NCBI GenBank assembly: GCA_964606485.1
Contig: CAZSGP010000003.1
Location: 194,481 to 258,480 of the forward strand
Source: an uncultured Planctomycetia bacterium
Lineage (GTDB): Bacteria; Omnitrophota; Gorgyraeia; 2-02-FULL-51-18
DNA: 64,000 bases
Direction of reading: 5' to 3'
Numbering within the stretch: position 1 is the first letter of the stretch; each line of letters begins with the position of its first letter. The notes below the pieces were generated by a model. The model saw nothing but the letters and a program-made list of their open reading frames with translations. It was not told where the DNA came from and did no database searches. A program made the translations under genes and the position numbers. Below, piece after piece: positions 17,344-24,975 of the stretch.

Positions 17344-19448
17344 AAACTTCCCTGCGCAGAGACCAGCGCTTTAATTTTAGCGATTTGCTTCATCGTGTCT
17401 TCCTCGCCTTTTCGAATCAGTCTCTGCGGCTTATAAAACTCCGCCCAATTGGTGCTTGCTACGACCGGGCGGATCAACACATCCGCACCCAAGCTTTCAA
17501 TTTCCGAAATTTCAGTTTCCATCGTTTGAATCGTATTCATCAAGACGTCAAATATATTGGCTCTAAAAGCATTCCCAATGCGTCTTTTTAGCTTGTAAAA
17601 AAACTGGGAGACGATATTCTTTTGGCGCATAAGCTTAGCTTGTTTTTCCTCAAGCTCCTCGTCAAAAATCCTTTTTTCCAACATGTCTTTCGATGAAGGA
17701 AATACATTTACCGCTATAATTTTATTTGCACCGGCCGCTTGCGCAGCGTGGACCGGCAAAGGACTTAAAATTCCGCCATCGATCACCACATCCCGATTGT
17801 TCATCAGAACCGGCGTAAAAATTGCAGGGATCGCAATGGAGACGCGCACCGCATCTGACACAAAACCAGAATCAATCACCATCGATCGGCGCGTCGTCAG
17901 ATTGGCTGCCATTATTTTTAAGGGTATGCGGCAATCATCGAACGTTTTATCACCCAAATGCTTGCGGTATTTTTTCATCACCAATTTTCCCGCAAAAAAA
18001 CCTCTAATTGGAAACAAATTAAAGTCTAGAAGCCGCACCAAACTCCATGGGCCATTCATTTCAGTCGCAGCCCCCTCAATTTCATCTGCGGTTCGCCCCA
18101 CTGCATAGAGCGCCCCAACTAGCGCGCCAATACTTGAGCCAGCAATGATGTCGACCGGTATTTTTTCCCGCTCCAAAACTTTTAAAACTCCGATATGCGC
18201 TAACCCTAGGGCGGCGCCGCTACCCAAGACCAACCCGACCAAATTCCCGCTAATCCTTCGGGCAATATGACGCACCACTCGAGAATAGTCCGAGTCAGGA
18301 TCTTCCGCGCAATAAGGATTGGCAGATGCCCAATCGACCGGCGTCTCTGAAATCGCTGGCAGGGAGTAGCAAAAACGACTCCCAAACAATTCGCGTCTGG
18401 CCGTGGCTGTCGTACGAATTCCCATGAACACTTCATGGATCACGATGGATACTTTTTCCTGCGCAAAAGATAAATTTTTTTGGACATCCTCCACTAAACC
18501 CTGCACTTCCGTAATATTATTAATGGAGCTATCGGTTACAAAATAAACAGAGTCTGACTGGGAAATCATTTTTTGAGCAATCGAGTCCATAAATCCAGGC
18601 AAATCTAAGAGAATGAATCGATACTCTGCAGCCAAATGATTTAAAAGCGATAAGACGGCATCGTCGCTGGATGGACCCGTTTCATCGTAGGCCACACTCA
18701 ACACATCAAATCCTAAAGGATGCTTAAATAAAAATTCGCTTACAGAACCGTTGGACTGAGAACCTTTGATATCTCCGTAGCTTGAAAGCTTGGCTCGTTT
18801 ATTTTCTAGAAAGCCAAAAGAGGACTCACTCTCAGAGCGACACATTTCAACTAAGACTGCCTTTTGATGCGTTTCGTGAAATAGACTTGCGCAAAGATTG
18901 AGCCCAAAAGACAGTCGGCCATTTTTTCTTTGGTTAGAAAAAAGAGAGATCACATCACTTTTAACGAGCCACTTCTGCTCTTGGGCTGACCCGGTGAGCC
19001 GCGCGCTCAGCCGCTTGCTGATTTCCAGAGAAATGGAAGCATTATGCTCGATGGTTTTTTCAAAATCTTCTTTTTTAAGAACAAGTAGGAGTGTATCTGA
19101 AAGAGCTTGGACGGATGCGGAGTGTGGCTCCTTAGTTAGAATCGACATTTCTCCAAAGTAATCTCCGCGGCGCAAATACGCCAAAACCTTCTTTTTGCCC
19201 TGGGAATCTGCGTGAACCTCGAGGCGTCCGGAAACCACCACGTAAAAACTTTCACCCGCTTCCCCTTCCCGGTAAACCGTTTCATCTTTACGGTATTCCG
19301 TCAGGCGCATGAGCTGGCTAATAGATTTTATTTCCCAGGAACTAAGGCTTGAAAAAAGCGGACAAAGAGATAAGAGGGCTGCCTTGTCAATTTTTTGGAA
19401 TCGCGGGCTTTGCTCCGGGATAAGATGGTTGTCCATCTTATGGGGCAA
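17340..19448 (-). CDS. Cyclic-nucleotide-binding-domain protein fused to a patatin-like phospholipase (NTE-like architecture).
   Basis: The N-terminal CAP/cNMP domain is ...ETVYREGEAGESFYVVVSGRLEV...GDYFGEMSIL. Its phosphate-binding cassette reads PHSASV, with His where Arg is usual. The C-terminal patatin has a Gly-rich loop GLVLGSGAALG, nucleophile GSSIG (GxSxG) and the catalytic DGG in VVIDGGILSP. About 240 residues between the two domains are unassigned. Confidence 0.8.
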   Translation of the reverse strand: MPHKMDNHLIPEQSPRFQKIDKAALLSLCPLFSSLSSWEIKSISQLMRLTEYRKDETVYREGEAGESFYVVVSGRLEVHADSQGKKKVLAYLRRGDYFGEMSILTKEPHSASVQALSDTLLLVLKKEDFEKTIEHNASISLEISKRLSARLTGSAQEQKWLVKSDVISLFSNQRKNGRLSFGLNLCASLFHETHQKAVLVEMCRSESESSFGFLENKRAKLSSYGDIKGSQSNGSVSEFLFKHPLGFDVLSVAYDETGPSSDDAVLSLLNHLAAEYRFILLDLPGFMDSIAQKMISQSDSVYFVTDSSINNITEVQGLVEDVQKNLSFAQEKVSIVIHEVFMGIRTTATARRELFGSRFCYSLPAISETPVDWASANPYCAEDPDSDYSRVVRHIARRISGNLVGLVLGSGAALGLAHIGVLKVLEREKIPVDIIAGSSIGALVGALYAVGRTADEIEGAATEMNGPWSLVRLLDFNLFPIRGFFAGKLVMKKYRKHLGDKTFDDCRIPLKIMAANLTTRRSMVIDSGFVSDAVRVSIAIPAIFTPVLMNNRDVVIDGGILSPLPVHAAQAAGANKIIAVNVFPSSKDMLEKRIFDEELEEKQAKLMRQKNIVSQFFYKLKRRIGNAFRANIFDVLMNTIQTMETEISEIESLGADVLIRPVVASTNWAEFYKPQRLIRKGEEDTMKQIAKIKALVSAQGSL

Positions 19449-19782
19449 GCCGTTTCTGGATATATTTCTGTAACTTTTCTTCGTCGGCGGGCTTAAGATC
19501 TGAAAAAAATAAAGCCAAATAAATTTTGCTACTCAATAAGTCTTTTTCTTTGCGGACGACAACCCCGTCCGTCCGAATGCGCATGCTTTTACCAAGTTCC
19601 AACACAAGCTTCACCTTGGTCATGAGCGCAATGTCCTTATCCACCAAACACATTACGCCGCTCATGCTAATATTAACGGTCCGCGCCTCGACCTCGTAAC
19701 CGTTACACCCTATCTTAAAAGGCAAACTCTCTTCGATGCGAACCGAACGGCGTCTATCCAAAATTTTTTTGGGGGTTCTCAT
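19438..19782 (-). CDS. PilZ-domain protein (c-di-GMP receptor)
   Basis: 114 aa. The RRRSVR (RxxxR) and NISMSGV (D/NxSxxG) motifs are present. Confidence 0.65.
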   Translation of the reverse strand: MRTPKKILDRRRSVRIEESLPFKIGCNGYEVEARTVNISMSGVMCLVDKDIALMTKVKLVLELGKSMRIRTDGVVVRKEKDLLSSKIYLALFFSDLKPADEEKLQKYIQKRLAP

Positions 19783-19800
19783 CGCAGAGAGTTTATCAGG

Positions 19801-20046
19801 TTATGCAGGGTTCGCAGCTTTAGCTTCGGATCCTTCGGCTTTTTTCTTTTTATCTGCTTCTTGCTTCAGATAAATCTTAAAATTTTTCTTGTTCGAAAAA
19901 TATTTTCCATCGCGATAGTACCAATCTTTGCGACGAATACGTTTGTTTGATTGCGCGCAATTGGTCGGACGCAATTTTTTCTTTTTTACTTTTTCTGCCC
20001 CAGCCGCAACTGCCGTTTCTGCCGGTTTCTTTGCTTCTTCTGCCAT
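19801..20046 (-). CDS. Lysine-rich small basic protein (hypothetical)
   Basis: 81 aa, roughly 30% Lys, with a central KRIRRKDWYYRDGKYFSNKKNFKIY. An SD (AAGGAG) sits 6 nt upstream. It is sandwiched between the two PilZ genes. Confidence 0.4.
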   Translation of the reverse strand: MAEEAKKPAETAVAAGAEKVKKKKLRPTNCAQSNKRIRRKDWYYRDGKYFSNKKNFKIYLKQEADKKKKAEGSEAKAANPA

Positions 20047-20106
20047 TTCAAACTCCTTGTTTGGTTTCCTAAGTGCCCGATATTCTCAATGAGATTGACT
20101 TTAAAA

Positions 20107-20445
20107 TCAAGACGATTTTTTATTCTTCTTAAGCCACTCCTGGTAAGCATACTCCAAGACCCTAGCGCGATCACTGGGATTAATTTTGGTGAGCTTGAGT
20201 CCGGCCTCCAAACCATCCGCCCATGCGATCTTACCCGTCGCGAAAACCGGGAGATTGTCTCCTGGGACATTCAGCGAAAGTTCGAGCATTGTCCCAATAG
20301 GAACCGGTTCCCTTAATTCCACCCGCACACCCTCACGACTCAAATCCTTAGCCAGTGCTTTCCCAAAAATAGGATTAAGTGTTAGAGAGCGGTATTCTAG
20401 ATTAACGGGTGTATTAAAGCGTATAAACTTGCGCCGTTCCGCCAT
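20107..20445 (-). CDS. PilZ-domain protein (c-di-GMP receptor)
   Basis: 112 aa. The ERRKFIR (RxxxR) and DLSREGV (DxSxxG) motifs are present. Confidence 0.65.
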   Translation of the reverse strand: MAERRKFIRFNTPVNLEYRSLTLNPIFGKALAKDLSREGVRVELREPVPIGTMLELSLNVPGDNLPVFATGKIAWADGLEAGLKLTKINPSDRARVLEYAYQEWLKKNKKSS

Positions 20446-20447
20446 TC

Positions 20448-20642
20448 TTAATCTCCTTTAAAGTACCGAACCAAGTCGCTTTTCAAAAAACGGTAGTTAT
20501 CCCCTACTTTTTTTCCTGGGATGCGCTTGGCTCGAACTAATTTGTAAAGCGTTTGCCGACTAATACTTAAAAAATGACACGCGTCCTCGGTGGTTAACGC
20601 CTTATCCTCTTCTTTGTCGTGAGCAATAGTTTGCTTAGCCAT
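20448..20642 (-). CDS. Small helix-turn-helix DNA-binding protein (excisionase/MerR-like HTH family).
   Basis: 64 aa. LTTEDACHFLSISRQTLYKLVRAKRIPGKKVGDNYRFLKSDLVRYF is the excisionase-family HTH pattern. It is the first gene of the operon and ends 2 nt before the PilZ gene. Confidence 0.6.
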   Translation of the reverse strand: MAKQTIAHDKEEDKALTTEDACHFLSISRQTLYKLVRAKRIPGKKVGDNYRFLKSDLVRYFKGD

Positions 20643-20648
20643 TTCAAT

Positions 20649-20678
20649 ATCATACAGAAACGAGAACTAAATTGTCAA
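20649..20678 (-). promoter_or_regulatory. Sigma70-type promoter (TTGACA, 18 nt spacer, TATGAT) placed for a leaderless start at the HTH gene.
   Basis: The minus strand reads TTGACAatttagttctcgtttctgTATGATattgaaATG. Only 6 nt separate the -10 box from the ATG. Confidence 0.45.
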
Positions 20679-20746
20679 TAAATTAATAGATTAGTTAATA
20701 CTGGTTAAAAAAACATCAAAACCTTATCAATTCTTTCATTAGCAGA

Positions 20747-20773
20747 CAAAAAAAATCCGCCCTTGTGGGGCGG
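20747..20773 (-). terminator. Rho-independent terminator separating the small secreted-protein gene from the HTH operon.
   Basis: CCGCCC-TTGTG-GGGCGG hairpin at 20757-20773. It is followed on the minus strand by UUUUUUUU (plus-strand A8 at 20748-20755). Confidence 0.55.
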
Positions 20774-20792
20774 TTAATAAAGTTCTGAACTC

Positions 20793-21083
20793 TTAGAATA
20801 CGTACTCAGGCTCTAGAATGGGCTTGTAATCTTCGGGTAAAGGAAATGGAAAAGTCGCAATCTCATAAATCCCGGCGCCGGTTCTAACTATTGTCATTCC
20901 GGCACCCTTGGCAACTCCAAGCGTGACGCCGGCTAACGCGTTGCTCTCAACACTCGTATTATAAATATTTTTAGGGAGCTCTACCCAACCAGTAAGAGTG
21001 TTTGCAACGCCTCGACCCAGTTTTGTGAAAGGATCTTGCGCAAAACACACTGCCGTGGCAGACAAAACCATCACGCAAATGCT
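20793..21083 (-). CDS. Small secreted protein, paralog of the protein at 3690-4037.
   Basis: Start set at MKLLRGFVVLSICVMVLSATAVCFA (signal peptide). The C-terminus GVTLGVAKGAGMTIVRTGAGIYEIATFPFPLP...PILEPEYVF shares the RTGAG...TF.P...EP motif. Confidence 0.55.
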   Translation of the reverse strand, partial: SICVMVLSATAVCFAQDPFTKLGRGVANTLTGWVELPKNIYNTSVESNALAGVTLGVAKGAGMTIVRTGAGIYEIATFPFPLPEDYKPILEPEYVF

Positions 21084-21207
21084 CAGAACTACAAACCCGC
21101 GCAACAACTTCATTTCTTTGGTGTCTCCTCTATGCGGCTTATCATATTTAAAAAGCATTTGTCTGTCAACCCTGATGTTTGCTAGAATGCCTCTCAAGAG
21201 GAAAAAC

Positions 21208-22026
21208 ATGTACGAGTCTTTCTACGATCTCAAAGAAAAACCGTTCACCATTACCAGCAACCCATCGTTCCTCTATCTCAGCAAGAGGCACAAGGAAGCG
21301 CTCTCGTCGTTACTCTTTGGTATTCATCAGCGCGTTGGTTTTATCGAAATTACCGGTGAAGTTGGGACCGGTAAAACAACCTTGTGTCGCGCTCTACTCA
21401 ATCAGCTGGACGAAAAAATTAAAACCGCATTTATTTTTAATTCCCATCTAACGGGCACCGACCTCATCCGAACCATCATAGACGATCTAGGAATTAAATC
21501 AGCTAGCAAAAACCGCGGCGCCCTCTTTCAGGCGCTCAATAAATTTTTAATTGATCAGCTTGCACTCAACAACAACGTCGTTCTTATTATGGACGAAGCT
21601 CAGAATTTTAGCTCAAAGGTTTTGGAGCAAGTGCGCATGCTTTCGAACTTAGAAGCTGAGAACCAGAAACTCATTCAAATTATCTTAGTGGGACAGCCGG
21701 AGTTGAGAGAAAAACTGAAAAGTCCGTCGCTGCGCCAATTGCGTCAAAGAATATCCGTCCGTTATCACATTGAAGCGTTAACGGAAGAGGAGGTCCCCTT
21801 TTACATTCATCACCGCTTAAAACACGCGGGGGCCGATGGTAGCGGGCCAATTTTTAACGCCGAAGCCATTCGGGAAGTATATAGTTACTCAGGCGGCATC
21901 CCCCGCCTGATCAACATTGTCTGCGACAAGGCGCTTCTCATGGGTTATGTTCACGAGAATCGCTCCATTGACGCTGAAACGATACGAAGAAGCATCATCG
22001 AGATCGAAGGAGGAGTTTCGTCATGA
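21208..22026 (+). CDS. ExeA/GspA/MshM-family AAA ATPase, short form without a peptidoglycan-binding domain.
   Basis: MYESFYDLKEKPFTITSNPSFLYLSKRHKEAL is the hallmark ExeA N-terminus. Walker A is GEVGTGKTTL and Walker B is VLIMDEAQN. Start chosen at the ATG preceded by AAGAGGAAA. The long listed ORF (from 20998) runs antisense through the neighbouring gene. Confidence 0.75.
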   Translation: MYESFYDLKEKPFTITSNPSFLYLSKRHKEALSSLLFGIHQRVGFIEITGEVGTGKTTLCRALLNQLDEKIKTAFIFNSHLTGTDLIRTIIDDLGIKSASKNRGALFQALNKFLIDQLALNNNVVLIMDEAQNFSSKVLEQVRMLSNLEAENQKLIQIILVGQPELREKLKSPSLRQLRQRISVRYHIEALTEEEVPFYIHHRLKHAGADGSGPIFNAEAIREVYSYSGGIPRLINIVCDKALLMGYVHENRSIDAETIRRSIIEIEGGVSS

Positions 22027-22553
22027 GCATTATCAATGAGGCCTTAAAAAAAGCAATTCGTGAAAAAGAGCAAACGGTTCCCAATATCACCCGCACTCAT
22101 CTTGAAAAAACACTGATGCCGAGTGTTGAGTCGCGTAAATCTAGAGTAAACTGGGGACCTATTTTTATAACGCTGGTTCTGCTACTCATCACAGCGCCCA
22201 TTTTGGCACCCATCTTTACAAGTCCATTCAAAAATTCAAAAAGTGCAACACCCGAAACACTTCTCTTAGCGGATCTTCCTGCTGAGGCGTCTTCGAGCAA
22301 CAAGAAGGCTCAGTTTGGCGTGGAAGAAGCACCGCTCTTTGGTCAGACTCAAGCCATGCGTCCTTCATTTTCCTCAGGCTATCTCAATCTGACCGGGGTG
22401 GTGAGCGCAGAAGACGGCTCCTACTGCATCATCAACGACAAGGTTTTAAAGTCGGGGGATTATGTGGGTGGCGCGAAGGTAACGTCCATTCAGTCAAACA
22501 CGGTGAAGCTTAACTCCAACGGCCAGGACATCACCCTGACCATCGCTAGATAA
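22023..22553 (+). CDS. GspB-like bitopic membrane protein, putative partner of the ExeA-like ATPase.
   Basis: 176 aa. It has an ATGA start/stop overlap with the ATPase gene. One TM helix (WGPIFITLVLLLITAPILAPIF). The C-terminal region YCIINDKVLKSGDYVGGAKVTSIQSNTVKLNSNGQDITL resembles the GspB C-terminal domain. Confidence 0.45.
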   Translation: MSIINEALKKAIREKEQTVPNITRTHLEKTLMPSVESRKSRVNWGPIFITLVLLLITAPILAPIFTSPFKNSKSATPETLLLADLPAEASSSNKKAQFGVEEAPLFGQTQAMRPSFSSGYLNLTGVVSAEDGSYCIINDKVLKSGDYVGGAKVTSIQSNTVKLNSNGQDITLTIAR

Positions 22554-22554
22554 A

Positions 22555-23664
22555 TCAGGCTTTTCTTTTTTCGAGCGCTCTTAGGACAAGATCCGTCGAG
22601 ACATTTTTCTGGATCGTCGTTTTGGCCATTTTTACAGGCAGAACAAAGCGATTCTTACCCGCTTCGGTCTTTTTATCGTATCCCATGGCATGCATGATAT
22701 TGGCACTCGAAAGACCTTTAAAATAAATGGGTAGACCGTAACGCACAAGAAGCTTTTCAAGTCTTTGCCCAAGCAAAGGATCCTTTAGAACCCCCAACTC
22801 TTCGGCAATCGAACAAGCCACCAACATTCCAATGGAAACCGCTTCGCCATGAGTGTATTGATTGGAGAATTCGGACGCAGCCTCGATCGCGTGCCCGGCC
22901 GTATGGCCAAAATTTAAAATAATACGGATATTCTTTTTATCGGTCTCATCTTTTTCAACGACGTTGGCTTTCATTTGCGCACAGCGCGCAATCACATGCT
23001 CGAGCAATGCGTGATTTTTACGGAGGCTCGCTAGTGTATTTTTTTCTAAAATGCTAAATAAAGATGAATCCCCAATCACTCCGTATTTGATCACTTCAGC
23101 AAATCCGTCGCTCCAGTGCCGGTCAGGAAGCGTTTCGAGCGTCTGAGTGTCACTCAAAACAAATGCCGGCTGGTAAATGGTCCCTAGGAGATTTTTTCCT
23201 TGTGGCAAATCAATTCCCGTTTTCCCGCCAATTGCTGAATCCACTTGCGCTGTCACTGTTGTTGGAATTTGAACAAACGGCACTCCTCTGCGGTAAACGG
23301 ATGCCGCAAAACCCGTTAAATCCCCCACCACTCCCCCGCCAAGCGCAATCAGAAATAGAGATTTATTTTTCCCATCACAAGAAGCCATTTTTTCAAGGAG
23401 ACTTGTAAAGGTCTGCTGAGATTTGGCTTCTTCGGAGCTTTTTTTGGTGTTAGCCAAAAAAAGAGACGTGCCAATCCCTGCGGAATTCAGCACTTTCGTA
23501 ATGACGGGAAGCCGGTTTTCGGCGACTGCATCTTGGGTGACAATGAGAGCGTTTTTTTGGGAAACATTCTGACGCTTTAGAAGAGCTGGGAGCTCGCGAA
23601 ACAAACGCCTTCCGATCACAATCGGATAAGCGCGCTCACCTAAGCGCACCTGAATCTTTTTCAT
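22555..23664 (-). CDS. aroB: 3-dehydroquinate synthase
   Basis: 369 aa with GGGVVGDLTGFAA, ...VIKYG... and the metal-binding HGEAVSIGM motif pattern of DHQ synthase. Confidence 0.9.
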   Translation of the reverse strand: MKKIQVRLGERAYPIVIGRRLFRELPALLKRQNVSQKNALIVTQDAVAENRLPVITKVLNSAGIGTSLFLANTKKSSEEAKSQQTFTSLLEKMASCDGKNKSLFLIALGGGVVGDLTGFAASVYRRGVPFVQIPTTVTAQVDSAIGGKTGIDLPQGKNLLGTIYQPAFVLSDTQTLETLPDRHWSDGFAEVIKYGVIGDSSLFSILEKNTLASLRKNHALLEHVIARCAQMKANVVEKDETDKKNIRIILNFGHTAGHAIEAASEFSNQYTHGEAVSIGMLVACSIAEELGVLKDPLLGQRLEKLLVRYGLPIYFKGLSSANIMHAMGYDKKTEAGKNRFVLPVKMAKTTIQKNVSTDLVLRALEKRKA

Positions 23665-23985
23665 TTAACCGATCACACTTCCCGACGGCAATGAACCGTC
23701 GAGCGTGAGAAGCGATAAACCTTCGGGCCCTTTGGCCGCTAAAAGCATGCCCTTAGACTCGACCCCGCGAATAACCGCGGGTTCGAGATTATTGACAATA
23801 ACAATAGTTTTTCCGACCAAGGATTCTTTGGTGTAATACGCTTTGATGCCCGCGACAATCTGACGGGTTTCAGGGCCAACCTCGATGGACAATTTCCATA
23901 AACGGTCAGCGCCGGGGATTTCTTCAGCGCTTAAAACCTTTGCGGTTCTAAGCTCTGTTTTCTTGAAATCCTCAAAAGAAATCAT
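23665..23985 (-). CDS. csaA: tRNA-binding domain protein (CsaA/EMAP-like OB fold)
   Basis: 106 aa. LRTAKVLSAEEIPGADRLWKLSIEVG...IVAGIK...LVGKTIVIVNNLEP...IRGVESKGMLLAA is the tRNA-binding-domain signature. Confidence 0.75.
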   Translation of the reverse strand: MISFEDFKKTELRTAKVLSAEEIPGADRLWKLSIEVGPETRQIVAGIKAYYTKESLVGKTIVIVNNLEPAVIRGVESKGMLLAAKGPEGLSLLTLDGSLPSGSVIG

Positions 23986-24282
23986 TTACTTCTTATCGGA
24001 TTTTGCAGCAGCTCCAGCGGCAGGCTTACCCGCGGCGGCGCCTTTGGCGGCGGCAGGAGCCGCGGCTGTGGCGGCAGCGCCCGGAGCGGCAGCCGTAGCG
24101 TCAGCGGCTACTTTCTCTTTCTTAATCTTCAGCTTCTGCTGCTTGACTTTAACAAGACCCAAAACCGTCTTCTGGTCGTCCCAGAGATGGCGATCCTTCA
24201 AAACCTTGAGCCGCTCATGTCTTTTAAGAACCGAGCGATGTTTCGACATACCACTGGAACGCAAACTAGAATGAATAGACAT
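23986..24282 (-). CDS. Small basic protein with an Ala/Lys/Pro-rich, histone-H1-like low-complexity tail.
   Basis: 98 aa. The basic N-terminal half is SKHRSVLKRHERLKVLKDRHLW. The C-terminal tail is AADATAAAPGAAATAAAPAAAKGAAAGKPAAGAAAKSDKK. Confidence 0.4.
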   Translation of the reverse strand: MSIHSSLRSSGMSKHRSVLKRHERLKVLKDRHLWDDQKTVLGLVKVKQQKLKIKKEKVAADATAAAPGAAATAAAPAAAKGAAAGKPAAGAAAKSDKK

Positions 24283-24316
24283 TGAAATCCTCCTTAAAGT
24301 GTTTCCATACAGCGAG

Positions 24317-24955
24317 TTACCGACGTCTCAAAAAACTGCCCTTATAGGCCGAACCAAATACTTTTAAGTCTTTTTTGGCATGCTCCTTGGTCATATACTG
24401 ACCCGCGCATACCTGGTAATAGTCCCCGCTGGGAATAATGAAAGAGTAATAACCTTTTTTCCTTAATAATGCAACTTCTTTTTCTGCTAGCGCCTGCCCG
24501 CGATACGTGCACAACTGGATGGTATACGGCTTATTGAGATCCGTTAAGAGCTGTGCCGCGCTAGTTGCTTTGCTGCTAGCAGGTGGTTCGGTCCTAGCAA
24601 TCGGTTGCGACGAGGCCGCGCTTGACCGCGAAGAAGTCGTGAATGAGGTTGGAAAAGTTGCCGCACTGCGCGTTGCGGTGGGCGCAGCCGCTCTGGCCGG
24701 TAAAGTAGAGGTGGGCGAGCTCGGCTCGATCATCGCTCTAATCGATTTCCCTCTAAGAACGCCCAAAAAAAAGATAAAGCAGCAAGCGAGAATCACCACA
24801 ATTCCATACAAGACAATCTGCTCAGAGTTCGTGCTAATCAGCACGGGCCGCTGACTACGCGATAAAAATTGGAGCTTCCCCTGTTTCTGCGAAGAGGCTG
24901 CACCTGAAAATTCTTCGAAAAGCTCCTGCTGATTTTCTTGTTCTAATTTGTCCAT
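24317..24955 (-). CDS. SPOR-domain membrane protein (septal peptidoglycan-binding; DedD/FtsN-like).
   Basis: The N-terminal TM is IVLYGIVVILACCFIFFLGVL, followed by a Pro/Ser/Thr/Ala-rich linker. The C-terminal SPOR pattern is YTIQLCTYRGQALAEKEVALLRKKGYYSFIIPSGDYYQVCAGQY. Confidence 0.65.
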   Translation of the reverse strand: MDKLEQENQQELFEEFSGAASSQKQGKLQFLSRSQRPVLISTNSEQIVLYGIVVILACCFIFFLGVLRGKSIRAMIEPSSPTSTLPARAAAPTATRSAATFPTSFTTSSRSSAASSQPIARTEPPASSKATSAAQLLTDLNKPYTIQLCTYRGQALAEKEVALLRKKGYYSFIIPSGDYYQVCAGQYMTKEHAKKDLKVFGSAYKGSFLRRR

Positions 24956-24975
24956 TTTTTTATTAGATCACAAAA

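Noticed and set aside
17340-19448. cNMP-binding/patatin protein as a CBASS or Pycsar effector
   Set aside because: No nucleotide cyclase (CD-NTase or PycC-type) or other defence gene is adjacent. The flanking genes are lipid-metabolic and PilZ. This is more consistent with an NTE-like regulated lipase.
20998-21207. Long 5' extension of the exeA-like ORF (listed start 20998)
   Set aside because: The extension is antisense to the secreted-protein gene at 20793-21083 and lacks the conserved ExeA N-terminus. That N-terminus (MYESFYDLKEKPF) begins at 21208, after an SD.
24000-24120. GC-rich GCAGC/GCGGC-type nucleotide repeats
   Set aside because: They simply encode the poly-Ala/Lys/Pro tail of the small basic protein. 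This is a coding low-complexity region, not a CRISPR or other non-coding repeat.
23986-24282. Small basic ORF as ribosomal protein bL34 or bS20
   Set aside because: Only a short SVLKR-like stretch matches. The length, the low-complexity Ala/Lys tail and the remainder of the sequence do not fit either family.
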